A stretch of DNA of 32,992 nucleotides from Octopus bimaculoides (GCF_001194135.2 NC_068984.1:62667479-62700470); one strand, 5' to 3'. Positions 10,936 to 23,099 are shown, counted from the first letter of the stretch. Numbers and translations: made by a program. Notes: generated by a model not told the origin, from the letters alone.

Positions 10936-12732
10936 TATACATACATAGTCCTAACAGCAGGTCTTTAGTATCGCTATGCCCGTGCGAAATTTTCGTACGT
11001 GTCTGTCTGTCTGTGTATATATATATATATGAAGGGATGTAATGGTGTCACGTTTCTTTAAGCTACTTTCAGGTATATTTTACTGGCGAGGTCTAATTGA
11101 ATTGAAATATGTCTGCGGAAAAAATCAGGTTCTAATTTCAAGTGCCTTACTTGCCTCATTTTTTTTTTGATTTTCACTAATTAAGGTTTTGGTTTTTACC
11201 TCACTGCATTTCTTGATGAGAATTTGGGAATTTCTCATTCAGCTAGGTGTTTTTTTCTCGCCAAATTTATAAACTAAATTTACTAAATTTCATGGCTAAT
11301 TACTTTTCGACTATATAAGCAGCCGTATCATAATATGCTATGATTTATACCTCAAAATATAATATACCGAGTTCCTTTTGGAGGTTTCAGCAACAAATCT
11401 ATGGTAGCTAAGTAGCAATACTGCATGTTTCGTTGTTGTCACTGAATTACTTTCGGAGTTAAGTGTGTTGTTTTCCGAACTATGTAGGGAAAAGTGAGAT
11501 GTCTTGCTTGTACACATTAGAAATGAAAATGCATAACACACGTAGGTCACCAGGTGCTGACATGCAGTAAAATGCTGCCTAGTGGCTTAATTGTTAGAGT
11601 TATATGAACGGCAAGGGCAGTTGAGGAAATGACAGCAATATAATTCATGCCCCTACTGCTTAGCGTTATTCTGACATTGGGCATAGAGAAATGATACTCA
11701 TGACAGTGATGGTACTATTGATAGTGAAATAAGACTTGTGATACGTAAGTAATTTTAGTGCCAAAATCTGTTATTGATTGAAAAAAGCACATTACGAGAA
11801 AAAAGACGAGGAAGAAATTCTTTCATACGTGCCTGTCAATCCCTTTTGTTACCTGTTAATGATAAAAAGCATTTCTCAGGATTTTTTTTTCTTCTATTTT
11901 TCTTTCGCTCAAATGTCAATTACATACATTCACTTTTCTCACCAGCTGAACACCTTTTAATGAATAAAAGAAACAAATCACATTTGCTTTATCTTTTTTA
12001 CTGTCATTTTCAGATGTTACAATTTTTTTCTTTGTATTCTTTTAGCTTTATTGTGAGACTTTTTTCAAAAATATTTCATGATTTATGGGCTGGCAAACGA
12101 ACATAATAAAACAATAGAGAAAGGGAGCAATGAGAATACAAAAGAGCCATTAGATAGCATCATGAAATCTCAAGATAAAATGCAAATAAAAAGCGATGTA
12201 AATTGTTTCATAATATATATTTCCGTTTTCTACTTTTTATTTTTAGTTTAGAAATGACTTGTACCTCTCATTCTATTCGGTTATTCTTTACTTTTCTTTT
12301 ACTTTATTTTCCCCGATCTCCCCTGATTAATAAGTGTTATCTATAATGAATTCACACACATATTTTATTATTAATATTTTTCTTTGCGTTCTTTCTCGTG
12401 AATGCATACTTGAATGTATGTATTCTTATATTTGTTTTCCAGTAAATCTTTTAAGATAGTTTATTTCATTTTCTCTTTTAATTGTGTCTATTTAGTTACT
12501 TTGAAATTATTTCTTTTAAATGTTGCATTCTATAGGAAGCAGACTTCAAAACTGATAGAAGTCAAAATACTGAGCCATAATAGAATGGAAACGTAAAAAT
12601 TTGCGCGCAAAATTAAAAATATAGAGAAAAATAATATACTTAATTAATAGATAAGTATTACAAAGTAAAGAAATGTCTAAATAATAGGTTAAAGAATCTT
12701 GCAACTAGTGTTGTTATGAAAGAAATAGCATC

Positions 12733-12970
12733 AACAACAGTAACAACAATAATAATGATTTCAAATTTTGGCACAAGGCAAGGAACTTCAGGGCAGGAGG
12801 TACGTCGATTACATCGACCCCAGTGCTCAACTGTCTTTTATTCTATCGCTACCGAACGATGAAAGGCAAAGTCAACCTCGGTGGAATAAGAACTCAGAAC
12901 GTAAGGACTAATGAAATAACGCAAAGCATTTTGTACGACGTGCTAACGATTCTGCCAGCTCATTGCCTTA
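12733..12970 (-). mobile_element. tRNA-derived SINE, same type as 5953-6162, with (AAT/AAC)n tail
   Basis: Reverse complement reads ...gagctggcagaatcgttagcacg...gagttcttattccaccgaggttgactttgcctttcatc...ggggtcgatg...ccttgtgccaaaatttgaaatc, followed by a simple-repeat tail. Confidence 0.9.
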
Positions 12971-12984
12971 ACAACAATAATAGA

Positions 12985-13560
12985 AATAATTTATTATTTT
13001 ATTGTCCACAAGGGCTCACATAAAATTACATTATAAGACATACAACATCATAAAAGACAAAAACAGGATGATACAATGGGTTTTACAACGTATAAACAAT
13101 ATAAATAACAATTAGATATTAAACAAATTAAAACTATCAATAGGGGCGGCGCTTTAAGGACCTCGTGGAAAAACACACAAAACCTACGGGTGCCTGCACA
13201 ACAGAGTAAGAACCCTTCTCCTTTTCTTTATAGGTGCAGGCTCAGAATTGGTCCTTATCCACTGGCCATTCTTCCAACATGCACCCACCTTTCAACAAAC
13301 TTGCTACAAGGCAACACATTCCTTTTGAAAAAGTTGATGAGGGCTTGGTCAAAGAAGAAAGTGTCTGTCTTTAGCTTTTTCAAACGTGTCCATCATGCTA
13401 ACTCTTTCGATACAGCTACTAGACAAATAAAGATTGCATTACCCTCCCGGCCAAAAGAGGGCAGTGTGGCAATCTTCATAATGAATTCAGCTGATAGCCG
13501 GCGGATCCGTAGCTTTTTGAGAGTGGTAGGGCGATGGGTGGGTATTTGGGAAGAAGATTT
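12985..13560 (-). mobile_element. 5'-truncated L1/Tx1-clade LINE 3' end
   Basis: Minus translation KIATLPSFGREGNAIFICLVAVSKELA*WTRLKKLKTDTFFFDQALINFFKRNVLPCSKFVERWVHVGRMA fits the L1/Tx1 ORF2 C-terminus as I recall it; A-rich 3' end with AATAAA near 12995. Confidence 0.75.
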
Positions 13561-14159
13561 TAGTGTTCCTTTAAGAAATAAGAAAGAAGAAAATTCGTAA
13601 TGATGCTTACTGTGTTTTTTCTCCGTGGATTACCAAAAGAAAATTCGAAAAACAGTAAAAAATGAAGAACTTGGGATGGGGAGGGAGAAAATAAAAATAT
13701 TGTGAACGTATTTTTGGGACGAAATCCTAATCTTCTGTATTGAAAACATAGGAATCGAGAGAAATTTAGGAAAGAAATCGGGGTGGGGTGGGGGAGTGAA
13801 AGTAATCTCGGATATGATAAAGACAACAGGTAAAGGACAAGATTTCTGGCAGAAGTTCCTTTTAAATTTATATCGAAGATCAAGTTTTTAAATGCACTCA
13901 TCACAAACACGAATTGCAGAACAGAATCATATGACTTCAGTTGTAATTTTGTGCGTGCACATAGTAAAAATAACGTAATTCATACAGAAGTTTTACCTAG
14001 AGTGCCTCTGTGTGTGTGTGTGTGCGCGCGCGCTCTCGCGCCTGTCTAAGGGGGTTATTTTATAACATTCATTTGTTTGAAGCAGGAAAGTCGTCATCTC
14101 GATCATATGAGATCATATGTTTGTGCGTTAATTTCCGTAAATTATGTATAATACTTTAT

Positions 14160-15365
14160 GCTTTTAAGAGCAGAAATTGAAAGAGAGGAGAAAGTGAAAA
14201 GGCGACATTTGCTCTGAAGTAAGAGCAGTAAGTGAAAGATGCATGTACGTGTATATGAAATGGATGTGAGTGTGTATACTTGCGTACATATGTGCGTGTG
14301 TGTGAGAGCGTGTGAGTGAAGGCATGTGTTGTCATGTATGTATTTGTTTGCATGTATGTGTATGTGGCACTCACTCGCTTTCTCTCTCCCACCTCTCTCT
14401 TTCCCTCTCTCTCTCACACACACAGTATCTTTCGTATATACGTGCATAAGTACATATGCATACATCTTTTTTTGTATCTACGTCTACGTCTACATGTGAG
14501 AGAGAAATTGAGTGACTGTATTTCCTCATAGGATATAGAGAAATGGATGTCTTTGAAGGTACACACTCATATAGAAAATATGATGTCGTCGTCGTAGGAT
14601 AAAATATCTTTTAGTATACCTGAATTATAGAAAGATTATAATGTTAAATTTTTGTAAAGGAAATATTTAAATGAAAATAAAGTTGATATGTTTTGAAAGA
14701 AAACTGAATCTTTTGATACCGCATACGTCAAAATCGGCAACTCAGTTTTCGAAGCCATTCGTTAATTTCAGTAAAAACCTTTTATTTCCTGATGCTTTGA
14801 AGAGAGCAAAAAGAGTTGAGAAAGTGAAACGGCGACATTTGCATTGAAGTGGGAGCAGAAAATGAAAGAGAGGAGGAAGTGAAAGATGTATGTACGTGTA
14901 TATGAAATGGATGTGTGTGCATGTGTGAGTGTGCGTGCGTGCGTGTGTGTGTGAGAGAGAGAGAGAGAGAGTGAGTAAAGGTGTGTTGTCACGTATGTAT
15001 TTTTGATATGTATGTGTAAGTGGCACTCGCTCTGTCTCATACACACATTATCTTTGATATATACCTAAATAAATACATATGCTTACATCTTTATTGTATA
15101 TATGTGTACGTGTGCATGTGTGTGAGAGATAGAGATTTCATCATAGAATATAGAGAAATGGATGTCTGTTAAGGAACACACTCATATAGAAAATGTGACG
15201 TCTTAATGGTATAAAATGTTTTCACTAGCTGGCATATAGAAAATATCATAATGTAAAATTTTTGTAATGCAAATATGTAAATAAAAATAAAGTTTATTTG
15301 GTGTTGTAAGCTTACTGAATCTTTTGATATCCCATAAGCCAAACTCGGCAACTCAGTTTTTGGAT
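14160..15365 (+). repeat. Diverged tandem duplication, period about 630 bp (14160-14755 and 14790-15365)
   Basis: Shared anchors: aaagtgaaa.ggcgacatttgc (14191/14821), gtacgtgtatatgaaatggatgtg, atatagagaaatggatgtct, cacactcatatagaaaat, ctgaatcttttgata, cggcaactcagtttt (14750/15360). Confidence 0.92.
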
Positions 15366-15402
15366 GCATAAGAAAGATTCGCGCGCACGCGCACGCACAC
15401 GC

Positions 15403-15440
<38 letters not shown>

Positions 15441-15879
15441 NNNNNNNNNNNNNNNNNNNNNNNNNNNNNNNNNNNNNNNNNNNNNNNNNNNNNNNNNNNN
15501 NCATCTATGGAAGAATAGGTAACACATATATAATGTATTGTTTGAGTGCATTGGTACAGTTTTAATAGCTCTTAATACGATGATTTGAAAACAAATATAA
15601 AAACACTTTACCTCTCACTTGTTTAACATCTGTTGTTTGACATATTGTAAAAGTTTTAACTGAGTATACGGTATTTAATTCGCTAAAGCGTAGCGTATGC
15701 ATTAACTGATAGGATGAAATGGATGAACGAAGTATTGATATTCGTCTCTCCCGCTCTGTCCCTGTCCGTCGTTCTCTCTGTCTGCCTCTCACATTCCCTG
15801 AGTGTCTATCTCTTCCTGTCTCCTCCCCTTCCCTGATATCAGCCACCCTCATAAAACCACATATCCTTGAACATAACAC

Positions 15880-16075
15880 TTTTGCACCCCTCTCATTTTA
15901 TCATGTAATAGCTGAACCCACGTAGTCGGTCCATTATCGATTTTTAATTGAACTGGATGTTAGTTCAACATGTATACAAAGTTTGTTGAAGATTGGTTCG
16001 CTGGCCTCGGCAGCAAGATGGTAACAGACAGGCGGACAGACAGATAGACAGAAATTTCCATTAATATATATATAT
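15880..16075 (+). mobile_element. Possible non-autonomous Helitron/Helentron-like (Lep1/DINE-1-like) 3' segment
   Basis: gtatacaaagtttg.tgaagattgg... followed by (acag)n and gaaatttccattaatatatatat, an architecture I recall from such elements. No coding support. Confidence 0.4.

Positions 16076-16077
<2 letters not shown>

Positions 16078-16163
<86 letters not shown>
16078..16163. repeat. (GT)n microsatellite
   Basis: Pure GT run. Confidence 0.98.
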
Positions 16164-16165
<2 letters not shown>

Positions 16166-17220
16166 TAATATTATTTTCATGTGCTGAGATCATGAGAAAA
16201 ATTATTTCTAACACGTCTGATGTTGCAGCACATGGAACTAATAGAAGCACATAAATACACGTGTTTATTAAATATTGTTTATCTCTCACCAAATGCAGTA
16301 CATTTTTCTTGATCTTACCATCACGGAACAGTACTATATATATATATATATATACGTACAAAATGGTAGAGAAGGAGAGGGGAAGAGAAGAGAGAGGGAG
16401 AAAGAGAGAGTGGGTGGTAAAGATAGATAGATATGCAAATTTCATGCTTTTACCATTTAGCTGCAGCAAAATTGTGACTTAATGATTTTCGCGTTGTTGC
16501 TTTTTTACTTTAAGATCACACAAAAACCGTTAGATTCACTTCATTATTTTGACAAATTAAATTGAAATGTTGAAGTGGATCTAAAGGTTTTGTGTGTTTT
16601 TAAATGACTTATAAACACCTTCCACGCTGCAATTGTTTTTGTTTCAGCACACGATTTAGGATCAGGTCACTACCTATTCTGTTTACCTTGCCTTGCTAAA
16701 TTGTCATCCCTAAAAACACGACCTGGTTCTAAAAGTTGTATCAGACACATAAATATAGAGTTGCATAGATGCAAGCACATAAACAGTCACATATATATGT
16801 GCTAATCACAATGCCGTCTTATGTGTTTGTGTATGTATGTGAGTATGCGTGTATGTGTGTTTGCGCAAACGCACGGGCGTGTGTGTCATACATATATTGA
16901 GAGATTCACCCCAGATATACACGTCCATTTACATAGACAAATATATTTCAATCGGAAGAAACTTACATAAGCCATACAAATTGTACGTTATTCTGCATAA
17001 ATAGTTTTGGTGGGAATTGTAGACGCTAAAAGTAATATGTTCTTGTAATAACTAAACGCTTACAGCGTCACTCAGGTTAGGTTTCATTCAAATTTAATTC
17101 CCGTTATATGTTATCATCGACATACGATTCCGTATAACATGCTGTGTCAATTCACTGATTATTGTAAAAAGAAAATTCGTAATAGAACAAAGCTCACGCT
17201 TAATTTAAATTTGCTTGCAG

Positions 17221-17284
17221 ATTCGATTCTTTGCCTCGCTCTTACTTTGAGAATGCTGCAGCCACTGTTGATTTGTTTTGCAAT
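17221..17284 (+). CDS. Candidate exon (xFDSLPRSYFENAAATVDLFCN, phase 2 to 0)
   Basis: tttaaatttgcttgcag acceptor and aat|gtaaag donor; phase-compatible with 18026-18140. Confidence 0.4.
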
Positions 17285-17460
17285 GTAAAGATATCTGGAA
17301 ACGTCATCAAGAAAACTATGAAAAGCTTATTCATACTCGTTCCAAGATTAGTACGTAACGCAAGGACGTCAACAATTTCAAGTATTCCATCTCTTATGTT
17401 GCGTGTAGTAATGAATTTTGGTAAAATAGCGTAATATTTTTCACTTCCAGTTTAATGGAA

Positions 17461-17650
17461 ACTCTGTGGTGAGAAGCTTGCTTCCCAACTACATGATTCC
17501 GGGTTCAGCTCCACTGCAGGGCAACTTGAGCAAATGATTTCTACTATAGCCTCGGGCCGATGAATTCCTTGTGAGTGGATTTGGTTGACAGAAAGGAAAG
17601 TAAAAGAAACCCGTTGTTCACTTGTGTATGTGTATTTGCGTGTGTGTGTA

Positions 17651-17727
<77 letters not shown>

Positions 17728-17950
17728 ATCTTTGTGTCTATGTTTCTCCCCCACCCCATCATCATGTCTTGAAATCTGATGTAGATGTGGTTACATCCCC
17801 GTAACCTAGTAGTTCAGAAAAACAGACTGATAGAAAAAGTACTAAGCTTCAAAAATTAGTCTTGTGATGAATTTGTTCTGCTAAAACTCTTCAAAATGTT
17901 GCCCCAGCATAGATGCAGTCAAACAACTGAAAGAAATAAAAGAATAAAAG
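17461..17950 (+). mobile_element. Near full-length tRNA-head, CORE-like SINE with internal (GT)n
   Basis: tRNA-like head (gtggtgagaagcttgcttcccaac...gggttcagctcc), CORE-like ggcaacttgagcaa...ttctactatagcctcgggccg, internal (GT)n at about 17646-17726, 3' body matching 4640-4828, (gaaataaaa)n tail. Confidence 0.9.
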
Positions 17951-18025
17951 AAACCATAATTTTATTTCATTGCTCCATTTATAGTCTTAATTTAAATCAT
18001 ATGTACCAGGATGTCATTTTCGTAG

Positions 18026-18140
18026 ACTGAGATTACATCTTCGACAATTAGTGATTACCCAAATGTACTAATGGTTATTTGTTCAAATGCTGATTTAGAA
18101 TCTGGCTATGATTTAGAAGAAAAACATTTTCTGTATATAG
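18026..18140 (+). CDS. Candidate exon (TEITSSTISDYPNVLMVICSNADLESGYDLEEKHFLYI, phase 0 to 1)
   Basis: gtcattttcgtag acceptor, 38 open codons with protein-like composition, g|gtatat donor. Confidence 0.5.
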
Positions 18141-18692
18141 GTATATATGCATATATGTGTGCACGCATGTGTGTATGCATTTATGTTAGGATTTACCTTT
18201 AAAAGAATTACAAAAATGAAAACAATTTGCAATTCAGAATCAAGACTATGCAATTGAATTTCGACATCATTTATATAGCTGTGTATTTATTTGAATACAT
18301 CGTGTATATCTTACATTTCCACAGTTATTTTACAAGCGTATACTGATAATTTCCTAATAAGCTGTCTGTCTATTTCCTGGTTTTCTGAGCGCTATCATCT
18401 CTAAATTGGTGCTGAAGCACATAGCCAAACACTGTAAAAATTAGCTGTGCAAAACAAAATATGTTATCTGTGTGAATTAACTACATACTTTTCATTAATA
18501 CAAACGTTTGCTCAAGTAATCTTTAATATTATGTGAAATTCTTCTAGGAAACTGATCTCTATAAAATAGAATGTCTTTTCACTGCACCTTGTTTAGTTAT
18601 GTTTTTGTGTCTTACTAATATCTTGGCAAGAATAATTCAGTAGTTTTTCTATCCTTCCGTGAATGGTATCATCCTCAGTTATATTTTTGTAG

Positions 18693-18797
18693 CATTGCCC
18701 ACAAATTTGGTCTTTTCTAGCAATCATTGGTTATCACATTTTGTCAATAACATTTTATCTAATTCTCACATGCATGCTTATGTATTTTTGTATAAAT
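18693..18797 (+). CDS. Candidate exon (xLPTNLVFSSNHWLSHFVNNILSNSHMHAY[VFLYK]); donor at 18781 or 18797
   Basis: ttatatttttgtag acceptor; phase 1 start matches the previous exon; donors tat|gtattt or t|gtatgt. Confidence 0.35.
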
Positions 18798-18941
18798 GTA
18801 TGTATTATGAGTATCACTTTTTTCATTTTATAAATTCTTCGTACATAGATGGAATTTTTATAAAATCTATTGTTGGCTGATGAGCCACTGTCAATCTTTT
18901 TCATGTAAACATTGATATAAGCTCTACATAAAACATATTTA

Positions 18942-20193
18942 CAGAGTACCCCATAACGATTTTCCCATTGATACTTCATGACACTTCAAAATTAACTTAA
19001 AATAGCATTATGAAATTCATCACATATCTTCTAATGTAAATGATCAATCCATTGCAATAATTACATTTCAAAATGACCACCTTTCGTCTTGGTCATAGCC
19101 TGCAAACAAGTGGTCACTGAGTTGCATGAGCGTAGTACTATCTCTTTATCTAACTTGACCCATGAAGACAGAAGGGATTTCTTCAGATCTAACCAGATAA
19201 CAAATTCCACGAGATTGATGTCTGGACTTAAGCGAGGCCATATCGCCTTGTCCACAAAATCGTTGAAATGTTCTTGGCACTACCTCTGTGTCAAATTGGA
19301 TGTGTGAGCCGGAGCTCTATTTTGAGTGATGATGTAACGGTCACCAAAGGTTTCTGTGATCCATGGTAACACTTTCTCATCCAACTTTTCCATATAAACT
19401 TCACTGCTGACTTTGACGCCAGCAACGATAACGATCAAGGAAGACTTGAACCTATCAGATGCAACTGCCACCCACACCATGAGTGAAGCTAACTTCTGAC
19501 GCCGTAAATTCCACATGCTACCTTCGGGCAAGTCTCCTGCATTACGTGCATAAAACCTGTCATTCTGCCTGTTGGCAACTGCTTCCACTGAGATCTTCCC
19601 GTCGGACCAGATCAACACTATGTTAGCTGCGTACTTCATCTTAGATAACATAGTTTTACCTTTTCTGGGGCATTTCTTTTTAAAAGCTGCTAAAATTAAC
19701 TGCCGGGATCGTTTTATGTATGCACTTAGTTTTAAGCCTTCTTCTAAAAAAATCCTATACATTGTCGATTTCGAAATACCAAGAGCTTTTGCAGTTTTTT
19801 TGCACTTCAGTGAGGATTTCGGTTCATTCACTTCTTCATTGCTTCAAAAGTTTGTTTCGTACGAACTGATCATTTCCTACCAGGAATTGGCTTGCTAAAG
19901 GTAGTAGCGGACTCCGTATATCGTCTCTAGATATGGAACACTGATTTACGACATGCATTCAACTGTTTCGTTATGTCCTTGTTGCTCACTCTAGCTGTTT
20001 TCAAAGTGACACTCTCGTCACGTTTTGATTTTGACGCCATGTTTGTTTACAAGCCTGTTATAGGCAAACGAAACAACAGACTTATGAACAAAAGGTATAT
20101 GCAAATCTTTATATAAAATGTAGATAATATTACCTCTCCCGATATTCTTTAGGAAGAGTTTTAAACGTGAGTAGATCTCTCTGGGATGCCCTG
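18942..20193 (-). mobile_element. Full-length defective Tc1/mariner element, maT (DD37D, Bmmar1-like) type, 1252 bp
   Basis: Degenerate TIRs (cagagtaccccataacgattttccca versus the reverse complement cagggcatcccagagagatctactca, 17/26 matches by hand), both ends flanked by TA, enclosing a transposase pseudogene. Confidence 0.85.
19061..20040 (-). pseudogene. maT-type transposase pseudogene
   Basis: MASKSKRD...HTH...PGRK*SVRT / KTAKALGISKSTMYRI...WSDGK.SVEAVANRQNDRFY...MVWVAVAS...GVKVSSEVY...LPWITETFG...TQNRAPAHTS...WPRLSPDINLVEFVIW...KGGHFEM*. There are 37 residues between the second (mutated D to N) and third catalytic positions; stops, a frameshift and a deletion after IW. Confidence 0.93.
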
Positions 20194-20303
20194 TAGCTAT
20201 TCTTCGCTTTAATTTTAAATTCAACCAAATTAGCTAGTTAGAAAGTCTCTATATGAGATGACAGCAGTAACTATACTGAGATGTAATGTATATCACCACT
20301 TAA

Positions 20304-20754
20304 ACATGGCTGTTCCGTAGAAACCAACCTTACTTCTATGTTTAACTCCAGGAGGACGCCTCTTCCAGCTGGGTTTTCGGTGCAATCTTCCCCTGTTAAA
20401 AATAGGAGCAACGTCATTTCCTGCAGAACAGCCATCTCTCCGTGGTGATAGACATTACCTCTCTGTATAGTTACTGCGCTTTTCACTTATAAAGTTTTTC
20501 TAACTAGCTGATTTGCTAGCTGCAAGGTCAGTAACCGTTTGTCGTTTGGTGTTTTTTTTTATATATTGCGAGCTGGAGTGGACTATTGCTATCTCTAGCG
20601 GGCAAGTATCCAACAACGAGGATGACCAGAATGAAATCGAAACCGTACAGTCAGATGGTCGCGTGGTTAGAAGATGGTTGAAGTGCATTCCTCTGCTCGT
20701 AATATAAATCGGAATAACCAGCTACATGAGGCGTCCTCCTGGGAACAGCCATGT
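20304..20754. mobile_element. TTAA-flanked MITE with 27-bp TIR (left TIR interrupted by a 32-bp insert)
   Basis: Right end gaggcgtcctcctgggaacagccatgt|ttaa; left end ttaa|acatggctgttcc [20317-20348] caggaggacgcctc. Confidence 0.75.
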
Positions 20755-20799
20755 TTAAATGGCAAGAAAGATTAATTCTAAATTGTTTTTTTTTTATAG

Positions 20800-20858
20800 T
20801 TTCAAATGCACCTAACAAAAACATTGATATGAGTTCATTGATATGTACATGTGATCAT
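20800..20858 (+). CDS. Candidate exon (xSNAPNKNIDMSSLI...), 3' boundary uncertain (20844 or 20858)
   Basis: Strong acceptor ttctaaattg(t)10atag; open in phase 1; donors are weak. Confidence 0.25.
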
Positions 20859-23099
20859 GTTTGTAGCTTTTATGTGTGTTACAGTATGGGCGTTTATGTC
20901 TGTGAATACTTGACTGTATTGTATTTAACAATTATCGATATTTACATTGATTTGGCTATGTATAAAGAGCCTTAGACTGCAAGCAATCCATGAGTTGTAT
21001 TGCTAATAAAGAATTCACATCAAAAATAGGGGAGATTTTATAAAAGGAATATAAGAAATGGATGATAGCTTTTATTGAATAATTTTAGCTGCAGACAGTT
21101 ATTGCCGAATATACTTTTAGTATGTTTAAGTTCTGTATAAAAGTTTACGAAACTAACATTAGTCATAGGGCAGTATGTAATCAACAACGGCAATACAGAG
21201 AATGTATTTTAAGTGCAACTTAAAATATATATTTCCCTAAGCTACTATAATTTTTCTGTATATTATTATTGATTTCATTGGTTTGCTGCTTATCCTTTTA
21301 TGTCATTACAAGTGTACAATATATTTATCATGGTCACTATAAATTCATCTTATTTAAGTTTTGAGACACTTTCTCAGTACTTCTGTGTCGTCTATAAATC
21401 TTTGCTTTTATATTTCCATGCCCTCGCATAATTCTTTCTTTTGACACTAAATTCCTAAGATGTGCATTCATCAAATAGTTTTATCATTTTCCGTTTAGAT
21501 ATTTTCAATTTTTTTCTTCTTTTATATAACTTGGCTGTTTTATTATATTTTAAAAGCTCTTTTTTATCATACCGTTTTATAACAACATTAATACAAATAA
21601 TAAATTCATTCAAATGATTTTCGGATTAACCTTTATTATACATGGGATAAAACCATTATCTTTTTGCATAATAGATTTGACTTCTCTGCCACGTATAATG
21701 ATGTCATATAATGTTTCCAAAATATGATTAGAGCTTATTTTACATTTTATTTGTACTGCTGGATTCAACAACGTTAGCATGATTCCATTGGCGCATGCCT
21801 TCGAAATGACTGTTCGTGGAGTCATTTTAGGTTTAATATGTAGTGTCTAGGCTGGTTGTGGATGGGCTCATGGTTACAGAAGTTGGAAAGTGGAATAAAG
21901 GGCTGTAACATATACATACGAGGTAGCCTATTTTGTCGAAACAGTAAGCAGGTGTTTAGAAAGTAGAAAGTGCGACCAAAAACTAAAGCTGGGGCGCACA
22001 AGATTTGTCCTTGAGTGGAACAGAACGAGCTTCAGTAAATCATGTCTAGATGATGCGATCTGAGGGAAGGCAAGTTATCCAAACGAAGAGAGTGGGAATA
22101 ATTCCATTGACGGGAAGTTTCCATAGGAAATATGTGTGCGGAACGCAGCCAGAAGCTTTACTTATGTCTGGAGCAACATTACGGAGTCCAGCGAGTTTCT
22201 CTATATCAGTGGTGGATATAAATCTCAAGTGGATTAGGAGGTAGGGTAGCCGTATTGATTGTCGGAAAGTGAAAGGGATTCATATTGTTGGAAAACTTTA
22301 TTGTTAATTACATTTTCCATTACCTAGAAATGGCAATTAAATCTACATATATTAACTCCATATTCGTTTACAATTTGTTTATGTTACCAACATAACCTTT
22401 TAAGTTACCATGTTAATGGTTATCAGTTGCGACTGGATAACTCGTATTAAGACTTGGCCGAATGAACATTTGCTCCAAATATTGAAATCATTAGATATTG
22501 TCTTGATTCTCAGAACGAGGGTGCTTCTGACTATAACTAGTTATCTCATTTTATGTGATGTGTGAGATGAAGGTGTTATCTCAAGCAGGTTGAACGATAA
22601 GGAGGAAGATCTTTCGCTATAAGATTAAACTAAGTCTGTGACGATATTGAGCATATGCCTAAATATTTATCATGTTCGACCTTCATTAATAACTATTATG
22701 TACAGAATAACATCACTTTTCATGTTGTAAGAGCAATGATAATACATGACTAAACTAACTATAAGATGTTTTATTTAAGGCGAAACTGTATATTACTCGT
22801 TAGGTTAATATAATAGAAAGTAAATATAACAGAAAGCAAACACTTATTTTTGTTTGTACAGTATCTTAAATGCATAAAGTAATCTTTTATATGTGATGAG
22901 GTTTATCAATTTCCCTTGTACATTTAATATGTATTAAGAAACCTGAGATTCTTCAGAATACCATATTGCATAGCACAACCTATTAGTAAAAAGGCATTCG
23001 TTAATTTATTTACAGTGATTCAAAGAAGCAAAATCATAAAAGATAAACGTGCAAAGTGCAAATGCGCCAACATGTGGATCTTTAATTTCTTGTGCATAG

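Noticed and set aside
13770-13796. G-rich tract ggggtggggtggggg as a G-quadruplex or promoter
   Set aside because: Only three G-runs and no other promoter evidence.
22050-22620. Possible L1/Tx1 endonuclease remnants (SGLGGRVAVLIVGK; KSLDIVLILRTR)
   Set aside because: The motifs are too short and degenerate to call without an alignment.
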